Of a stretch of 64,000 bases of DNA, positions 49,633 to 61,290 are shown in pieces. The position numbers were made by a program, and so were the translations under genes. Numbering within the stretch: position 1 is the stretch's first letter; every line of letters begins with the position of its first letter. The DNA lies in contig JBFIHX010000002.1 of the NCBI GenBank assembly GCA_041601615.1, positions 160,001 through 224,000 on the forward strand, written 5' to 3'. The notes below the pieces were generated by a model. That model worked only from the letters and a program-made list of their open reading frames with translations, was not told the origin of the DNA and did no database searches. The stretch is from Thermoplasmatota archaeon. Its GTDB lineage: Archaea; Thermoplasmatota; E2; JACPAO01; JAHFTW01.

Positions 49633-49687
49633 TGGGAAAACCCCCTCGGTCCTTGGGGTATCAACGCAGGCATTAGGGGATTCACCA
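49633..49687. promoter_or_regulatory. three degenerate TGGGGAATCCCCA-like boxes at 21-bp spacing
   Basis: TGGGAAAACCCCC (49633), TGGGGTATCAACG (49654), AGGGGATTCACCA (49675); better copies at 48928 and 49367. Confidence 0.5.
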
Positions 49688-49688
49688 C

Positions 49689-50327
49689 GTGAGCGACTCA
49701 GAACAAGAAAGCTACCTTGCACTCTTTGACGTGCTTGGATTCGCATCTAAGATCAAAACCTCGTCCATCCAGGACATGATTTCTAGCCTTCAACACCTTG
49801 AATACATCGCCGGCACTAAAGGCGTCCAAAGCATCGTGTTCAGCGACACGGTCCTCCTCTACACAATTGGCACTAACCCACAAGATCTCTACGAACTCGT
49901 CGAGCATTGCTGTAAACTCGTCGCCGAGTGCAACCGCAACGACCTCATGCTCCGCGGCGCCATCACTCGAGGCGAATTTTACCACGAAAGACAAATTTTC
50001 CTGGGCAAAGCAATGGTCACTGCCTATTACCTCGAACAAAGCCAAGAGTGGATGGGCGCCGTCATGGACCGCGTTTTAGTTGACAAGTTAGACCATAGTG
50101 ACAATCCAGGAGAGCAACGCTGCTGGAAGGAACTTCGTGACCATCAGCTACTGATTCCTTACAGGGCGCCGCTCAAGGACGGACCAGCCGGCAACTTATG
50201 GTGCCTCGGCTGGCCAAAATACGGCGACAAACAACGAAGAATAGCACCCGCCGCACCAGATGATGCGCACCGAAAGGCCGCCAATACGGACGAATTCGTG
50301 GAAAAATACAAGGAATGGTGCATCTAA
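49689..50327 (+). CDS. class III nucleotidyl (adenylate/guanylate) cyclase-like protein
   Basis: LFDVLGF (metal Asp 1), VFSDTV (metal Asp 2), LRGAITRGE, LGKAMVTAYYLE. Confidence 0.7.
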   Translation: MSDSEQESYLALFDVLGFASKIKTSSIQDMISSLQHLEYIAGTKGVQSIVFSDTVLLYTIGTNPQDLYELVEHCCKLVAECNRNDLMLRGAITRGEFYHERQIFLGKAMVTAYYLEQSQEWMGAVMDRVLVDKLDHSDNPGEQRCWKELRDHQLLIPYRAPLKDGPAGNLWCLGWPKYGDKQRRIAPAAPDDAHRKAANTDEFVEKYKEWCI

Positions 50328-50328
50328 C

Positions 50329-52206
50329 TTGGATTACGAGGAATGGAACAAGCGCCTCGTTGACCACTTCTTCCACCAAGAACGCGACCAGACTGTCGTC
50401 CGCCTCTACATCACCCCCGCCGAAATCGAGGCTCTCGTGCCCCACGCGGGCCTCGACGATTTCATCCAAGCAATCCGTGCAGGCCCAAACCACCTCGGCG
50501 GCAAAGGCGGCCCCTGCAACCGAGCATATCGACTCTGGAAAGAATGGGATCACGAATCCCCGCCACCCTTTCTGGCATACCTGGTTTGCTTCGTCGCTGC
50601 CTGGACCCTAGAAGCAACTAACCTCGGGAAAATCAACTACTACGGACGACTGTACCAGTTCTTGGAACTCCAGAATTCAAGATCTGGGTTCCCCTCCTTC
50701 GAGCGTATGGCCCCCCTTTGGCTCGACGTGGCCGCCTGGGCCAACGACCACCACGAAGGTAGCCTCGGCGTATTCCAACCTACCACGAACAAGAACTGGG
50801 TCCACGTGGGCTACCCTGAGGCACAGGCAATCTTCTCGGGGGCACAACGCGCAGAACTCCACCGCGCCTTCGCCAGGAACCACCTCTCCCCCTACCAATC
50901 CTATCCTCGGAACCAGCTACTCCGCATTGCAACCACCGATGGCAAGAGGGCCTTGTCCGATCGACAATTCAAAGCTGTGGCTGGACCCCAGAGCGATGAG
51001 CAGGACAAACTCATCGCCGCCATTCGCCATGAACTCAGCGAATGGACAACAGAAAACAAGGCAACTGCTGCACGTCCGTTCCACCCATTATTGCGTATTG
51101 ACTACTTTCCAGGTAGCCAACGAATCAACGCGCATCTACACATCCAAACGCAACGGGAAATCCCTGAAGATGGCTTGGACGTCACCGACGACGACGGCAA
51201 CCAAGCCTTTTTCGAGCTCGATGATGCCACACTGACGGGGCCGCTACTTGATGCACGGGGTGCCCCCATCCTACTACGGCCCGAGGAACTTGAAGCCCCG
51301 CGGGGATGGTACATCCTGCCTGGGCCGGAATCCATTCATCTGCCTCCGGCCAAAGTCCGATGCTTCGCACTAGCCAGCCAAGATGAGCCCACGCGATTTC
51401 ATGAAGTAGCGTCACCTCCAACCCGTGGCCGCTTCCTCCTCATAGGAGAATCCGACTCCTTAAACCAGGAAGTCGCCCGCCAAGAAATTCCCGTAGTCCT
51501 GCCCCTTAGCATCAAGTTTGGCCTGCCTGAAAATTGGCTGGCCATGGAAGTCCCCAGTGTAAATCCGGGTAAAGTCGGGAGCCAAGTCCGCACTCAAATC
51601 CGCCTCAATGGCGGCATCCGTGCCACCGCAGGCAACACGTTCTTCGATTTCGCCCCGCCAATACTCACCCTACTCGGCGAAGATGACTGCAGCATGCGCG
51701 TCAATGAAATTCTTAAGCCAAACTGGAATCCGCACGTGCTGCGAGATCAAACTCACGGCCGCTACGTCATTCAAGCAGAAACCGACGAAGGTGCACTAGC
51801 CAAGCGCACCATCCACCTTGTCAAACCACGCACAACAATCCCTGTCGCTACGCTTAGCGAACCGAGAATCCAACCTACCCTTCAGCCAACTTGGGAGGCG
51901 CACTGGCCCACCGGATCCCACATCCTGCTTGGAGCGCTACCGGGCCAAATTGCAGATTTACGCCATGATACTCACCCCGTTACTTGGCAACCCGCCTGGC
52001 TCATCGTCCGCGGCCGCCCACCGACAGCAATCCAACTCGACGCAATCAACCACCTCACAGTAAAACCTTGGAAGACGACGCCCCACCAAGTGCGTGCATG
52101 GCGAAAACAAATCCAAGGCCTACATCGAAAAGCCACAATACAAGATGCCGAATTTTCCCGTCCCCACTGGGAAGACCTCTGCAAGCGAGCCCTAGATGCA
52201 ACTTAG
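50329..52206 (+). CDS. Druantia-like accessory protein (~625 aa, function unknown)
   Basis: TTG 1 nt after the cyclase stop; N-terminus DYEEWNKRLVDHFF…VRLYIT; position upstream of the DruE-like helicase. Confidence 0.55.
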   Translation: MDYEEWNKRLVDHFFHQERDQTVVRLYITPAEIEALVPHAGLDDFIQAIRAGPNHLGGKGGPCNRAYRLWKEWDHESPPPFLAYLVCFVAAWTLEATNLGKINYYGRLYQFLELQNSRSGFPSFERMAPLWLDVAAWANDHHEGSLGVFQPTTNKNWVHVGYPEAQAIFSGAQRAELHRAFARNHLSPYQSYPRNQLLRIATTDGKRALSDRQFKAVAGPQSDEQDKLIAAIRHELSEWTTENKATAARPFHPLLRIDYFPGSQRINAHLHIQTQREIPEDGLDVTDDDGNQAFFELDDATLTGPLLDARGAPILLRPEELEAPRGWYILPGPESIHLPPAKVRCFALASQDEPTRFHEVASPPTRGRFLLIGESDSLNQEVARQEIPVVLPLSIKFGLPENWLAMEVPSVNPGKVGSQVRTQIRLNGGIRATAGNTFFDFAPPILTLLGEDDCSMRVNEILKPNWNPHVLRDQTHGRYVIQAETDEGALAKRTIHLVKPRTTIPVATLSEPRIQPTLQPTWEAHWPTGSHILLGALPGQIADLRHDTHPVTWQPAWLIVRGRPPTAIQLDAINHLTVKPWKTTPHQVRAWRKQIQGLHRKATIQDAEFSRPHWEDLCKRALDAT

Positions 52207-53113
52207 TCTCAATCATCTTCGAAGCGCTTTCGCGCATTGGGGTACACGATCCATTGGAAGCGCCCTCCAGGCCATTCAAGCACTACCCCCCAAGCGGCGT
52301 CCCATGGCACCTTGGGTTACGCTTCGCACACTAAGCAATCACTGCGTCATAGACATCGACGAGGGCGCACGGTCTGCCTCGGCTCGGCCCCCACAAATGT
52401 TCCGGCTCCCACAACAAGGACTACCACGATACCTCCTAACTGGCGCGTTTACCCTGGAACAAGTCCAGGAATGGAACAAAAACAACCACCGTGCGGCAGT
52501 CACGAGGTGGGCCACGGAACCTCAAGAGGCTGCACCAAGAAACCTCCACTTGATTTCCGCATCACCAGATGATGCCGCTCAATGGGCCAACGCCAACGGA
52601 ATCCCAATCGCCTCGCAAACTGGCCCCCACTACATGGTGTGCAATCACACGGCCACCAAACAACACCTAGACCAAGGTGCTTGGGAACCACACCACGAAC
52701 TCAATCACCTCCGCCGCAATTTCGATGCCCGGATTCTTCGATTCTCAAACGCCTCCACAGACCAGCCTCGGCTCACCCAATACGAAAATCCCATCACGCG
52801 CAGCATCCATTACGCTCTCATCTGCAACGACCGACGACTACGCTTACCTCGCAGCGACGGCATTTACGCATTACTGCACCTTGCAGAGAAAACTGTCTTA
52901 CGATACAACGAGGAACAACATGTTCTGCTTGTGCCACTCAGGGCGCCATTACCCGATTTTCTGGCCCGCGCCGTGTTTCTGGCAAGCGGCATCAACCCTC
53001 GCCACGAAGTACTCGAAGACACCAAACAAAACGCTCTCGCGTACCCTGCAATCCATCCACAGATGGCTAGCACGATTTTCGATGAATTAGGCCAAGACTG
53101 GAGCCAACGATGA
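52196..53113 (+). CDS. Druantia-like accessory protein (305 aa, function unknown)
   Basis: Overlaps both neighbours; C-terminal [22 protein letters not shown]. Confidence 0.55.
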   Translation: MQLSLNHLRSAFAHWGTRSIGSALQAIQALPPKRRPMAPWVTLRTLSNHCVIDIDEGARSASARPPQMFRLPQQGLPRYLLTGAFTLEQVQEWNKNNHRAAVTRWATEPQEAAPRNLHLISASPDDAAQWANANGIPIASQTGPHYMVCNHTATKQHLDQGAWEPHHELNHLRRNFDARILRFSNASTDQPRLTQYENPITRSIHYALICNDRRLRLPRSDGIYALLHLAEKTVLRYNEEQHVLLVPLRAPLPDFLARAVFLASGINPRHEVLEDTKQNALAYPAIHPQMASTIFDELGQDWSQR

Positions 53114-56100
53114 ACGACCCTCTCGGTGCATTTCAAGCACTCAAAGACCACGTTATTGATTATGTCCAAACTGCGTTCCGAACCAGTAGCGCAAGCATCG
53201 AAGCCGAGCGAAAAGAGCTCCTCGAATCCAACGAAACCCTCTGCCAAGACAGTTGGATTGAACCGGTTCCACAGTACCGGTCCTCTGGCAAACGCGTGGA
53301 AGATCTGACCCCTGACGACCTTCCCGGATTCTCCATGAAAGAGCTCCGAGCATTCCAGGAACTTGCCCGGCGAGGCCTCGTGGGCGACCTCGCGCTCTAC
53401 GAACACCAGCTTGTGGCATTACAGCGCGCTGCGCGCGGCGATAACATCCTCATCACTTCAGGGACCGGGTCCGGAAAAACTGAAGCCTTTCTTTTGCCCA
53501 TTCTTGCATCTCTGGCCAAGGAAGCAACATCGTGGCCGGCCGCTCCGAGGAACGAAGATTCCAGGCCTTGGTGGGATGACGAGGCTTGGCTCGCAACACA
53601 CCGCGTGCCCGACACCGACGATGAATACGTCGATTCGCCTCGCAGGCACCCACGCTCGTCGCACCGCCCAGCTGCCGTTCGGACCCTCATCATATACCCG
53701 ATGAATGCGCTGGTTGAAGATCAGCTCACACGCTTGCGAAAGGCACTGGACTCAGAACCAGTTTACCAAGTTATGGATGAACAGTTCAATGGCAATCGAA
53801 TTCACTTCGCTCGGTACACCGGAGCGACACCCGTTGCAGGTCCAGAGTACAAGGGGCCGACAAAACGAACACCCAATTCCCCCAAGATTCACCAATTGAT
53901 TGCCAACCTACAATCCATGACGCAAGCCTGGATCGCAGCCCAGGCAGCAGATGCGAACGTTGAGGGCATGTTCCAACGACCAGATGGGTCGGAAATGAGC
54001 AACCGCTGGGACATGATTGAATCGCCCCCGGACCTCCTAATCACAAACCACAGCATGCTCTCGATCATGCTGATGCGCCAAGCCGAGCAACCCATTTTCG
54101 AAGCCACGCGACTATGGCTTAGATCTAATCCAAGCCACACGTTCACCTTGGTTCTCGACGAATTGCACCTAGAGCGCGGCACCAGAGGAACTGAAATTAG
54201 CCACATGCTCAGGCTCGTCTTGAAGCGACTCGACCTGCACCCAGGGCACAAGCAACTACGAATCATTGCCAGCAGCGCATCGATGGAGGATCCAGAACAA
54301 GCGACCAAGTTCCTCACCGAATTCTTCGCCACGCCGTGGACTGCTGATGCACTCATCACTGGCACTACCAAACAACCCCAACTACGGGCACCCTACCAGC
54401 ATCTCAATCCGGTGCCATTCCAAGCGACGTCTGCTGCATCACTGCTACGAACCCCCGATCAAGACGCGGCCATCCGAGCGTGGCTCCCAGAAGAAAATAC
54501 GCCAATCGAAGGCGTTGACGCATTCATTCAATCCGTTTGCATGCAAGAGGGTCGACCTCTGGCCCGCAGCGCCACTGTACTGGCCCAAGCCATCTTTGGC
54601 GAATCAAACATCGCAGCACTACGAGGGCTCCTTGCTTGGCGAAGTCAATTCCAAGACCAAGCATCCACGCTGCGAATGCATTGGATGTTCCGAAACATCG
54701 ACGGCCTCTGGGCCTGCTGTGATCCAAGCTGTGGCAACCATGAACCGGACGAAGAACGCCACATCGGCCAGCTGCAAACCGAACCCACCATTCTCTGCCA
54801 AGGGTCCAGCCGCCATCGCGCTCTCGAAGTCCTCTACTGTGAGCGATGTGGCACGACACTTCTGGGCGGAAACCGCGTCAAGCGCCACGCCTCCGAAGAG
54901 CTCATAATCACGGAGCCCGATATCGAGGGCATCCCGGACAAGGTCCAAACTCATCTCGTCTTTGAGAAAAAGTACCGTGACTTCGGGGTCTTCTGGCCAA
55001 CCAGGAACCGCCAGGTCCATCCCGATGCCGCAAAATGGAAATTCACGCCCGAAAGCCCTTCGAAGCAGGGAGCACGCATTGAAGCCAGGTGGGACAAGGT
55101 CAACTTGAATCCAAAAAATGCGGAAATCCGCGACGTGAAAAGACACCTCGAAGGGCACGTGCCAGGTTACTTCTATCGGATCAAAGGCAACGACGAAGAC
55201 ATCGACAAGCAATCAGCATTACCCAGCCATTGCCCTTGTTGCGGCGCCGATTACACAAGAAAGCGCAAGGACAGCAGCATCCGCGCATTCAGAACTGGCT
55301 TCGGCAAAATGAGTCAATTGCTTGGCTCGGAACTTTTTCAACAACTCGACGCCTCCAACCAGAAACTCGTAATTTTTTCCGACAGCCGAGAGGACGCGGC
55401 TACAATCTCCAATGAAATGGAGCGCCACCATTACCGCGATGTTCTGCGCGCCACCTTCTATCGCGAACTTCATGCACTCCTGATCGATGCCCCGCGTGCC
55501 TTGGAGCAAGCCAAAGGGGGGCACGCGGACGCAAATGAGGCAAAGGCATTCGCCGATCGTCACCCAGCCACGTGGGAACTTATTCAGGATGCCGTTGCCG
55601 CAACCGCGCAACCCCCGGCGGCCGACGCACCTCGGATCTACCAAGACGTCTACGAGGAAAACAAACGACTTCTCGCGGAATTCGAACGTTATGGACGCAA
55701 CCGTTCCGGCCCCATCGAACGCCTCTTTATCCACGCACGCAGTCAAGGTAAGAGAATTCCTGGCCTGATGCTCACGAACTTTCTAGTCAAGGGCATCAAT
55801 CCCGCCGGCGTCGACATCGATTACCAATATTTCGAACAGGACAACCAGAAACGACACTGGACCAACCTCTACAATTGGGGTGCCGTACCGAGCTGGGCCG
55901 AAGATCTGGATAACGAAGGCATCGCCGAATCTGAGAAAGCCCTACGCAAAGTGCGAAGCGAAGTTGCCGACTTGATCTTTGGAAGCCTCTATTTCGGGTT
56001 CGAGGAAGCAGGACTTGGATACCCGGTACACTCGCTCCCAGGCACCAACATCAAAGAACACGCCGACAAGCTCGGCCTCTCCGCCATCCACCTAGAACAA

Positions 56101-58749
56101 ATCACCAACGCCAGCCTCCGCGTTCTTGGTGATGATTGGCGCTACCCCGTGTCAAACAGGACCTACGAGAAAGACGACTGGGAAGACCAAACCGCCGTCC
56201 GAGGGAAACTCAAGCAGTTCCTCGAATCGGCCGCCAAAGTACACAAAGTTCCGTACTTAGACCTGCGAAACGCCATTTGGGACCTCGTGGCCAAGCAATG
56301 CAAGCACACCCATCTCATGCTCTCCATGACGAGCATGTGGATGCACCTCTCGAATCCCGAAGACCCTGCCTGGACCTGCCCCTCTTGCTTCCGAAACCAC
56401 CTCCACTTTGCCGGGGGTACGTGCACGAACTGCCAGTCACTGCTCAACCAGGCGCCAAATACGACCGCCGGCGGTCTTCACGACCAAAACGCGTACGCCA
56501 AGCACGCGACCAGCAAACGCGAACTCCCCCGCCTCCATTGCGAGGAGCTCAGCGCACAAACAGACAACCCCCTCGATCGCCAACGAAACTTCCGAGGCAT
56601 TGCCGTTGCAACGCCAGATCGAAGCCCCGAGTCACAAGGCAAAGTCGACCCCATCGACGTACTCAGCGTCACCACCACCATGGAAGTCGGCGTCGACATT
56701 GGTAACCTAGACGCTGTGTTCCTAGCCAACATGCCGCCGATGCGATTCAACTACCAACAACGAGTCGGCCGGGCCGGTCGACGCCAACGACCCTATGCTA
56801 TCGCGCTCACCCTTTGCAGGGGGCGAAGTCACGACGACTACTACTTCCACCGACCCGACGAAGTCACCAACGGAGCCATCCCCGCACCTTTCCTATCCAC
56901 GGATCAAAAGGAAGTGGGCCGCCGCATCATGGCCAAAGAGGCACTCCGACGCGCTTTCCAAGACCGCCTCACATACACGGCCCTCAAAGATGCCCGCAAG
57001 GACATCCACGGAGAATTCGGCACCGTCACTAATTGGAATAAATCTGGGGTCATCCGGGGCCAAGTCCAAGAGTTCCTGGCAGAAAGTCCGCACATTGACG
57101 AAATCGCTAAAATCATCTACCCACAATCGCCCGGCCATCAACAAGACATCATTCAATTTGCACGCCAACGGCTCTTCGACGCCATCCAAGATGCAGCAAG
57201 CAACCCCGAAGCCGTCGCCCGCACCCTTGGGCAACGACTCGCAGAATCCGGGGTTTTGCCAATGTTTGGCATGCCCTCCCGTATGCGTTCACTATACCAC
57301 GAACTACCCCTCGGTGGCCCTGCCAAGACCATCGACCGCGACCTAGACCTGGCCATCACGGAATTTGCCCCAGGAAACGAGAAAACCAAGGACAAGGCCA
57401 TACACCAAGCCATCGGCTTCACAAATCCCATTACGCACGTGGGGAGGCTGGGGTACCGCATTCACCGAGACGCATCGCCCCTCGCACACGAGCAATGGAT
57501 GGTCCGGTGCAAACGCTGCCGACACTCCCAAATCCATCCCGCCGGCCCCGAACCCGCACCGCAATGCCCGAACAATTGCGGCGCCGACGAAAACAAGATC
57601 CTCCGGGGACGTATCGCGGTCCCAACCGCGTTCCGAACCGATTGGACTCGAGGCCGCAACCGCGCGGATCACGTCAAGCGCGACTTTAGTCGCGCCGTCT
57701 TGGAAACACCGTTCACAAACTCAGCGCCCCCAACCAAGCCTGGGCAAAATTGGGAAATCACCGAACTCTTCCAGAAACAAGTTTACAAGATCAATGACAA
57801 CTTCGAGACCGGTTTCATTGGCCAACCTGGTCGCTGCGGCACTATCGATTATGGGGGACCCGAGATGCGAAACCAATGGGTCTGCGACGAATTCAAGAAC
57901 AAGGGCGGCCACGTTCGCCTCACCAACGGCGGCGCAAGGAATACAATCTGGCTCGCGGCCCCCAAAGTTACCGATGCCATTCGCATCCAACCTCGCCGCT
58001 ACCCCGACGGATTAACGCTCCACCCAGAACACAACGGTGACGCCGTGCGCGGCGCCATCGTCTCTGCCGCCCACCTCCTGCGCACCATTGTCGCACTCGA
58101 TCAAGATTTCGACCCCGTCGAAATTGACATTGGTCGCATCCGACACGCCACCAACACAAACGGCGTCATCGTCCCTGAAATCATCCTCGCTGATTCCGCC
58201 CCTAACGGTTCCGGATTCGTCAAATGGATATACGAAAACTGGGCAACCATACTAGCTAAAATCCACGACGACCCCCACGACCCTACCACCTTCGTTGGCA
58301 CACTCTTTGGCGAAGAACACCAACAAGAATGCCAATCCTTCTGCGCGAGCTGTCTTCGCGAGTACAACAACCAAGCCTATCACGGCGTCCTGGACTGGCG
58401 GCTCGGGGTCTCCGTATTGCGCGCATTCACCGACCGAAGCTACAATGCCGGCCTCGACGCAGACTTCAACGGCTACCCCGAGCTAAGGAACTGGCCGAAG
58501 CAAGCCCCGCGCCTCGCCGAGGACTTCGCATCAACCTTCCAAATTCAATACACCAGGGCCGGAAAGTTGCCCGCACTTGTCAACGGAGATGAAACATGGA
58601 TAGTCACACACCCACTCTGGGACACGGAGAACCCTGGCGGCATTCTCGCCGAAGCAATTGAGTCCATTGACGGAGAATTCGATTTCGTCAACACATTCAA
58701 TCTACTGCGTCGCCCCGGCCTCATGTACGAAAACATGAACCACGTATGA
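53110..58749 (+). CDS. druE: large SF2 DEAD/DEAH helicase with C-terminal DUF1998 Zn domain (DruE-like)
   Basis: Q motif [75 protein letters not shown], several Cxx[12 protein letters not shown]…H..LDWRLG; 1879 aa. Confidence 0.8.
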   Translation: MNDPLGAFQALKDHVIDYVQTAFRTSSASIEAERKELLESNETLCQDSWIEPVPQYRSSGKRVEDLTPDDLPGFSMKELRAFQELARRGLVGDLALYEHQLVALQRAARGDNILITSGTGSGKTEAFLLPILASLAKEATSWPAAPRNEDSRPWWDDEAWLATHRVPDTDDEYVDSPRRHPRSSHRPAAVRTLIIYPMNALVEDQLTRLRKALDSEPVYQVMDEQFNGNRIHFARYTGATPVAGPEYKGPTKRTPNSPKIHQLIANLQSMTQAWIAAQAADANVEGMFQRPDGSEMSNRWDMIESPPDLLITNHSMLSIMLMRQAEQPIFEATRLWLRSNPSHTFTLVLDELHLERGTRGTEISHMLRLVLKRLDLHPGHKQLRIIASSASMEDPEQATKFLTEFFATPWTADALITGTTKQPQLRAPYQHLNPVPFQATSAASLLRTPDQDAAIRAWLPEENTPIEGVDAFIQSVCMQEGRPLARSATVLAQAIFGESNIAALRGLLAWRSQFQDQASTLRMHWMFRNIDGLWACCDPSCGNHEPDEERHIGQLQTEPTILCQGSSRHRALEVLYCERCGTTLLGGNRVKRHASEELIITEPDIEGIPDKVQTHLVFEKKYRDFGVFWPTRNRQVHPDAAKWKFTPESPSKQGARIEARWDKVNLNPKNAEIRDVKRHLEGHVPGYFYRIKGNDEDIDKQSALPSHCPCCGADYTRKRKDSSIRAFRTGFGKMSQLLGSELFQQLDASNQKLVIFSDSREDAATISNEMERHHYRDVLRATFYRELHALLIDAPRALEQAKGGHADANEAKAFADRHPATWELIQDAVAATAQPPAADAPRIYQDVYEENKRLLAEFERYGRNRSGPIERLFIHARSQGKRIPGLMLTNFLVKGINPAGVDIDYQYFEQDNQKRHWTNLYNWGAVPSWAEDLDNEGIAESEKALRKVRSEVADLIFGSLYFGFEEAGLGYPVHSLPGTNIKEHADKLGLSAIHLEQITNASLRVLGDDWRYPVSNRTYEKDDWEDQTAVRGKLKQFLESAAKVHKVPYLDLRNAIWDLVAKQCKHTHLMLSMTSMWMHLSNPEDPAWTCPSCFRNHLHFAGGTCTNCQSLLNQAPNTTAGGLHDQNAYAKHATSKRELPRLHCEELSAQTDNPLDRQRNFRGIAVATPDRSPESQGKVDPIDVLSVTTTMEVGVDIGNLDAVFLANMPPMRFNYQQRVGRAGRRQRPYAIALTLCRGRSHDDYYFHRPDEVTNGAIPAPFLSTDQKEVGRRIMAKEALRRAFQDRLTYTALKDARKDIHGEFGTVTNWNKSGVIRGQVQEFLAESPHIDEIAKIIYPQSPGHQQDIIQFARQRLFDAIQDAASNPEAVARTLGQRLAESGVLPMFGMPSRMRSLYHELPLGGPAKTIDRDLDLAITEFAPGNEKTKDKAIHQAIGFTNPITHVGRLGYRIHRDASPLAHEQWMVRCKRCRHSQIHPAGPEPAPQCPNNCGADENKILRGRIAVPTAFRTDWTRGRNRADHVKRDFSRAVLETPFTNSAPPTKPGQNWEITELFQKQVYKINDNFETGFIGQPGRCGTIDYGGPEMRNQWVCDEFKNKGGHVRLTNGGARNTIWLAAPKVTDAIRIQPRRYPDGLTLHPEHNGDAVRGAIVSAAHLLRTIVALDQDFDPVEIDIGRIRHATNTNGVIVPEIILADSAPNGSGFVKWIYENWATILAKIHDDPHDPTTFVGTLFGEEHQQECQSFCASCLREYNNQAYHGVLDWRLGVSVLRAFTDRSYNAGLDADFNGYPELRNWPKQAPRLAEDFASTFQIQYTRAGKLPALVNGDETWIVTHPLWDTENPGGILAEAIESIDGEFDFVNTFNLLRRPGLMYENMNHV

Positions 58750-59957
58750 TGAGCCAAGCAACCCTCCCATCCGTGGACCTCAGCCAGGCAAGGAAGGTCT
58801 TCCAGAATTGGAAGAGCGCAGACCTGTGCAGTGGCCTCGGGGGCTTCTCCATAGCCGCCAAAATGCTTGGAATGAACCCGGTTGTAAGCATCGACAATTG
58901 GAGCCTCGGGGCCCAAACTTACGCCCACAACTTCCCCGATGCAACCAGTTACACCAATAACATTTGCAAATCCCCAGATCGACGAGAACTCGTCCGCACC
59001 TCCCGCAAGGAAGATGTAGACATTGTATTCGCCGGGCCCCCATGTCAAGGATTCACACAAGTCCGTAATGGGCAGCGAACCTCCAACGATGCTAATATCG
59101 CGGTCACGCACGGAGTCAAAAGAGCCCTCAAGGAAATCCAACCACCCTACTTCGTCATTGAAAACGTACCACTCCTACTGAACCACCACGATGGAAACTT
59201 CGCCAAGCACCTGTTCCAGAACCTACGCGCCCTTGCACCTGAAGGTTATAACGTCACCCATCAAGTCTACAATGCTAGCAGCCTCGGTGTGCCACAACAG
59301 CGTCGCCGGTTGCTAATCCTAGGTTCACGGAGAGACTACGAAGAACTTCGACTTCAAGAACTCCCAGATTACCAATACCAATTCTCCACTGCTCGCCGAA
59401 ACCAGGCCTCCAGCGACGAATGGCCCAACATCAAGAAAATTCTCGATGACAAAGACGACGCACGCATGGTAACCGCCAAACAAGCCATCGGGGATCTTCC
59501 AAAACTTGAATCTGGAACAAGCCCCGTCGAACCTGCCTATAATTTCAAGCCCAATCCGTATCAAGCCTTGATGCGCGGTGTGGAAACTGCACCCACTCTC
59601 GTAGCAACCCCTCGGATGCTATTGAAGACTAAGCAACGCCTCGCCCGCATCCCACCAGGCCAATGCCTTCACGACATCCCTGCCAAGGATCGCGGCGACC
59701 TGAAGCGCAAATTCTTCTCCGCGTACCGGCGCCTACACCCGGATCTACCCTCTACGACGTTATTCACGAAGATTGATTGCGCATATCACTACGAACAACT
59801 TCGAGCCCTAAGCGTCCGAGAATATGCCCGCTTGCAAAGTATCCCCGATGCATACCAATTTCCCGTCGCCAATCGCAATGCATACGCCATGATAGGCAAT
59901 GCAGTTCCTCCCCTTATGGTCGCAAACGCCTTAGCACTCGCCGCACGTCCTTCGTAG
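58746..59957 (+). CDS. dcm: DNA (cytosine-5)-methyltransferase (DruM-like)
   Basis: DLCSGLGG (motif I), GPPCQGF (IV), IENV (VI), PQQRRR (VIII), [10 protein letters not shown] (IX), IGNAVPP (X); ATGA overlap with the helicase. Confidence 0.92.
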   Translation: MMSQATLPSVDLSQARKVFQNWKSADLCSGLGGFSIAAKMLGMNPVVSIDNWSLGAQTYAHNFPDATSYTNNICKSPDRRELVRTSRKEDVDIVFAGPPCQGFTQVRNGQRTSNDANIAVTHGVKRALKEIQPPYFVIENVPLLLNHHDGNFAKHLFQNLRALAPEGYNVTHQVYNASSLGVPQQRRRLLILGSRRDYEELRLQELPDYQYQFSTARRNQASSDEWPNIKKILDDKDDARMVTAKQAIGDLPKLESGTSPVEPAYNFKPNPYQALMRGVETAPTLVATPRMLLKTKQRLARIPPGQCLHDIPAKDRGDLKRKFFSAYRRLHPDLPSTTLFTKIDCAYHYEQLRALSVREYARLQSIPDAYQFPVANRNAYAMIGNAVPPLMVANALALAARPS

Positions 59958-60033
59958 TTGGGTAATGCGGCAAATCAAGACCATCGCCGACTAAACCAGG
60001 CTTATATTGATTTCAACCCACATCAATCACCTC

Positions 60034-60495
60034 TTATAGGGGAGCTCGGGCCGGCAACGGCGGCAACTCCCCTGCCAAGAACCGTGCTGCGTCGAGGAAC
60101 CTGACGCGCGCCAGACGCGCCGCGGCCTTGTCGATTTGCGGGTTATCCCCCACGTACACGCACACAGCCAGTTCCTGAAGAACCGACGCCTTCCACGCAG
60201 CTTGCGCTTGACAAGACAATCCAACGTGGTCGGGGCGAGCCACGACCGGGAGCCAATGGCCTGTGAATTCATGCAGCCAGTACCGCAGTGGCGACACATG
60301 GTTCTCTCCTCGGCCGGTTACAACGACAACGTCGTGGTCCTGCGCAATGAGTTGCTTGAGCCACTTCACCGTCGCCAAGACCGCTGCCGCCCGTGGCAAG
60401 GACCAGTCCGCGTCATCGTAGCGTACCTGAACGCCGGCGGGCCAAACAGCAAGGGTGCCGTCGAAATCGAAGCCTATCTTGAGGCGACTACTCAC
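60034..60495 (-). CDS. HAD-superfamily phosphatase-like protein
   Basis: IGFDFDGTL, VVVTGR, WK, YVGDNPQID; GTG at 60495 overlaps the upstream gene. Confidence 0.78.
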   Translation of the reverse strand: MSSRLKIGFDFDGTLAVWPAGVQVRYDDADWSLPRAAAVLATVKWLKQLIAQDHDVVVVTGRGENHVSPLRYWLHEFTGHWLPVVARPDHVGLSCQAQAAWKASVLQELAVCVYVGDNPQIDKAAARLARVRFLDAARFLAGELPPLPARAPL

Positions 60496-61036
60496 GCCGC
60501 CACCAACCTCGATGGATTGCCGCATCCTTGGCCACCTTGTCGCCCTTCTTGGCGGCGGCCAAGACATGCGCCCTCATGCGGCGGCTCGCGGCGTACGGCG
60601 GAAGCTTCTGGCTGCGAATCCACCGCACCATCGAACTTTCGCTGACTCCAGCACGCTCCGCTGCCTGCTTCGACGAGGTGGACAAGCAATACGCGGCCCA
60701 CCGCTTCAACTGCATCTCCGACTTCCAAGGCCGAATCGTCCGATTCGCCTTGGCCTTCGAAGGAACATGCCTGCGCTTGCGCCACCCCTGGACGCCCGAC
60801 CTCGAAACCCCAAGAAGTTCCGCCACCTCCCGATCACTATCGGTGGCATCGACCCCCTGAAGCACCGACACAGGGGGTGGTAGCGGCGCGTACCCCCCGT
60901 TCGCCGGCAACTCAGCCCGACGCCGCCAGTACCGAATTAACGATGCACTGACGCCCAGCAGCCCGCCAATCTCGTAGTCGAACCAACCCTCGTCATACAG
61001 CACGCGACAAGCATCTACGTCGAAAGAAAACGGCAT
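60488..61036 (-). CDS. multi-HTH DNA-binding protein
   Basis: Three HTH-like units: DYEIGGLLGVSASLIRYWR, DREVAELLGVSRSGVQGWR, KQAAERAGVSESSMVRWI. Confidence 0.7.
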   Translation of the reverse strand: MPFSFDVDACRVLYDEGWFDYEIGGLLGVSASLIRYWRRRAELPANGGYAPLPPPVSVLQGVDATDSDREVAELLGVSRSGVQGWRKRRHVPSKAKANRTIRPWKSEMQLKRWAAYCLSTSSKQAAERAGVSESSMVRWIRSQKLPPYAASRRMRAHVLAAAKKGDKVAKDAAIHRGWWRRE

Positions 61037-61077
61037 AGCTGGGACACCGCGTGGGCCATCATAACACGCCGCACGGA

Positions 61078-61152
61078 ATCGGAGTCATCGGACTCCGATG
61101 TGAACCATCGGACCAAGGCCACGCTCCATCCCAACAGGGAAATCCGATGGTT
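61078..61152. repeat. two inverted repeats near the island's right end
   Basis: ATCGGAGTC-ATCG-GACTCCGAT (61078-99); AACCATCGGA (61103-12)/TCCGATGGTT (61143-52). Confidence 0.7.
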
Positions 61153-61290
61153 AGGGCCGAAATGCACGTTTTGGCAAAATCCTGTTTCGCCCCAAAACCC
61201 CCATATACCAGACCCTTCTCGGCGCGTCCTGTCCCTGGCGGACCCCCCTGCTTCTTCGGAAGTGGTAGACCTTGCGAGGCAAGGCCACAT

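Larger units (their letters stand above)
46100..61200. mobile_element. putative defence/genomic island adjacent to tRNA-Lys
   Basis: Visibly less GC-rich and A-richer coding sequence, transposase, defence operon and orphan genes between core operons; boundaries approximate; no integrase seen. Confidence 0.65.

Noticed and set aside
49428-50327. AbrB/MazE antitoxin with a cognate toxin
   Set aside because: The downstream gene has cyclase-like motifs, not PIN or MazF motifs, and is separated by ~100 bp.
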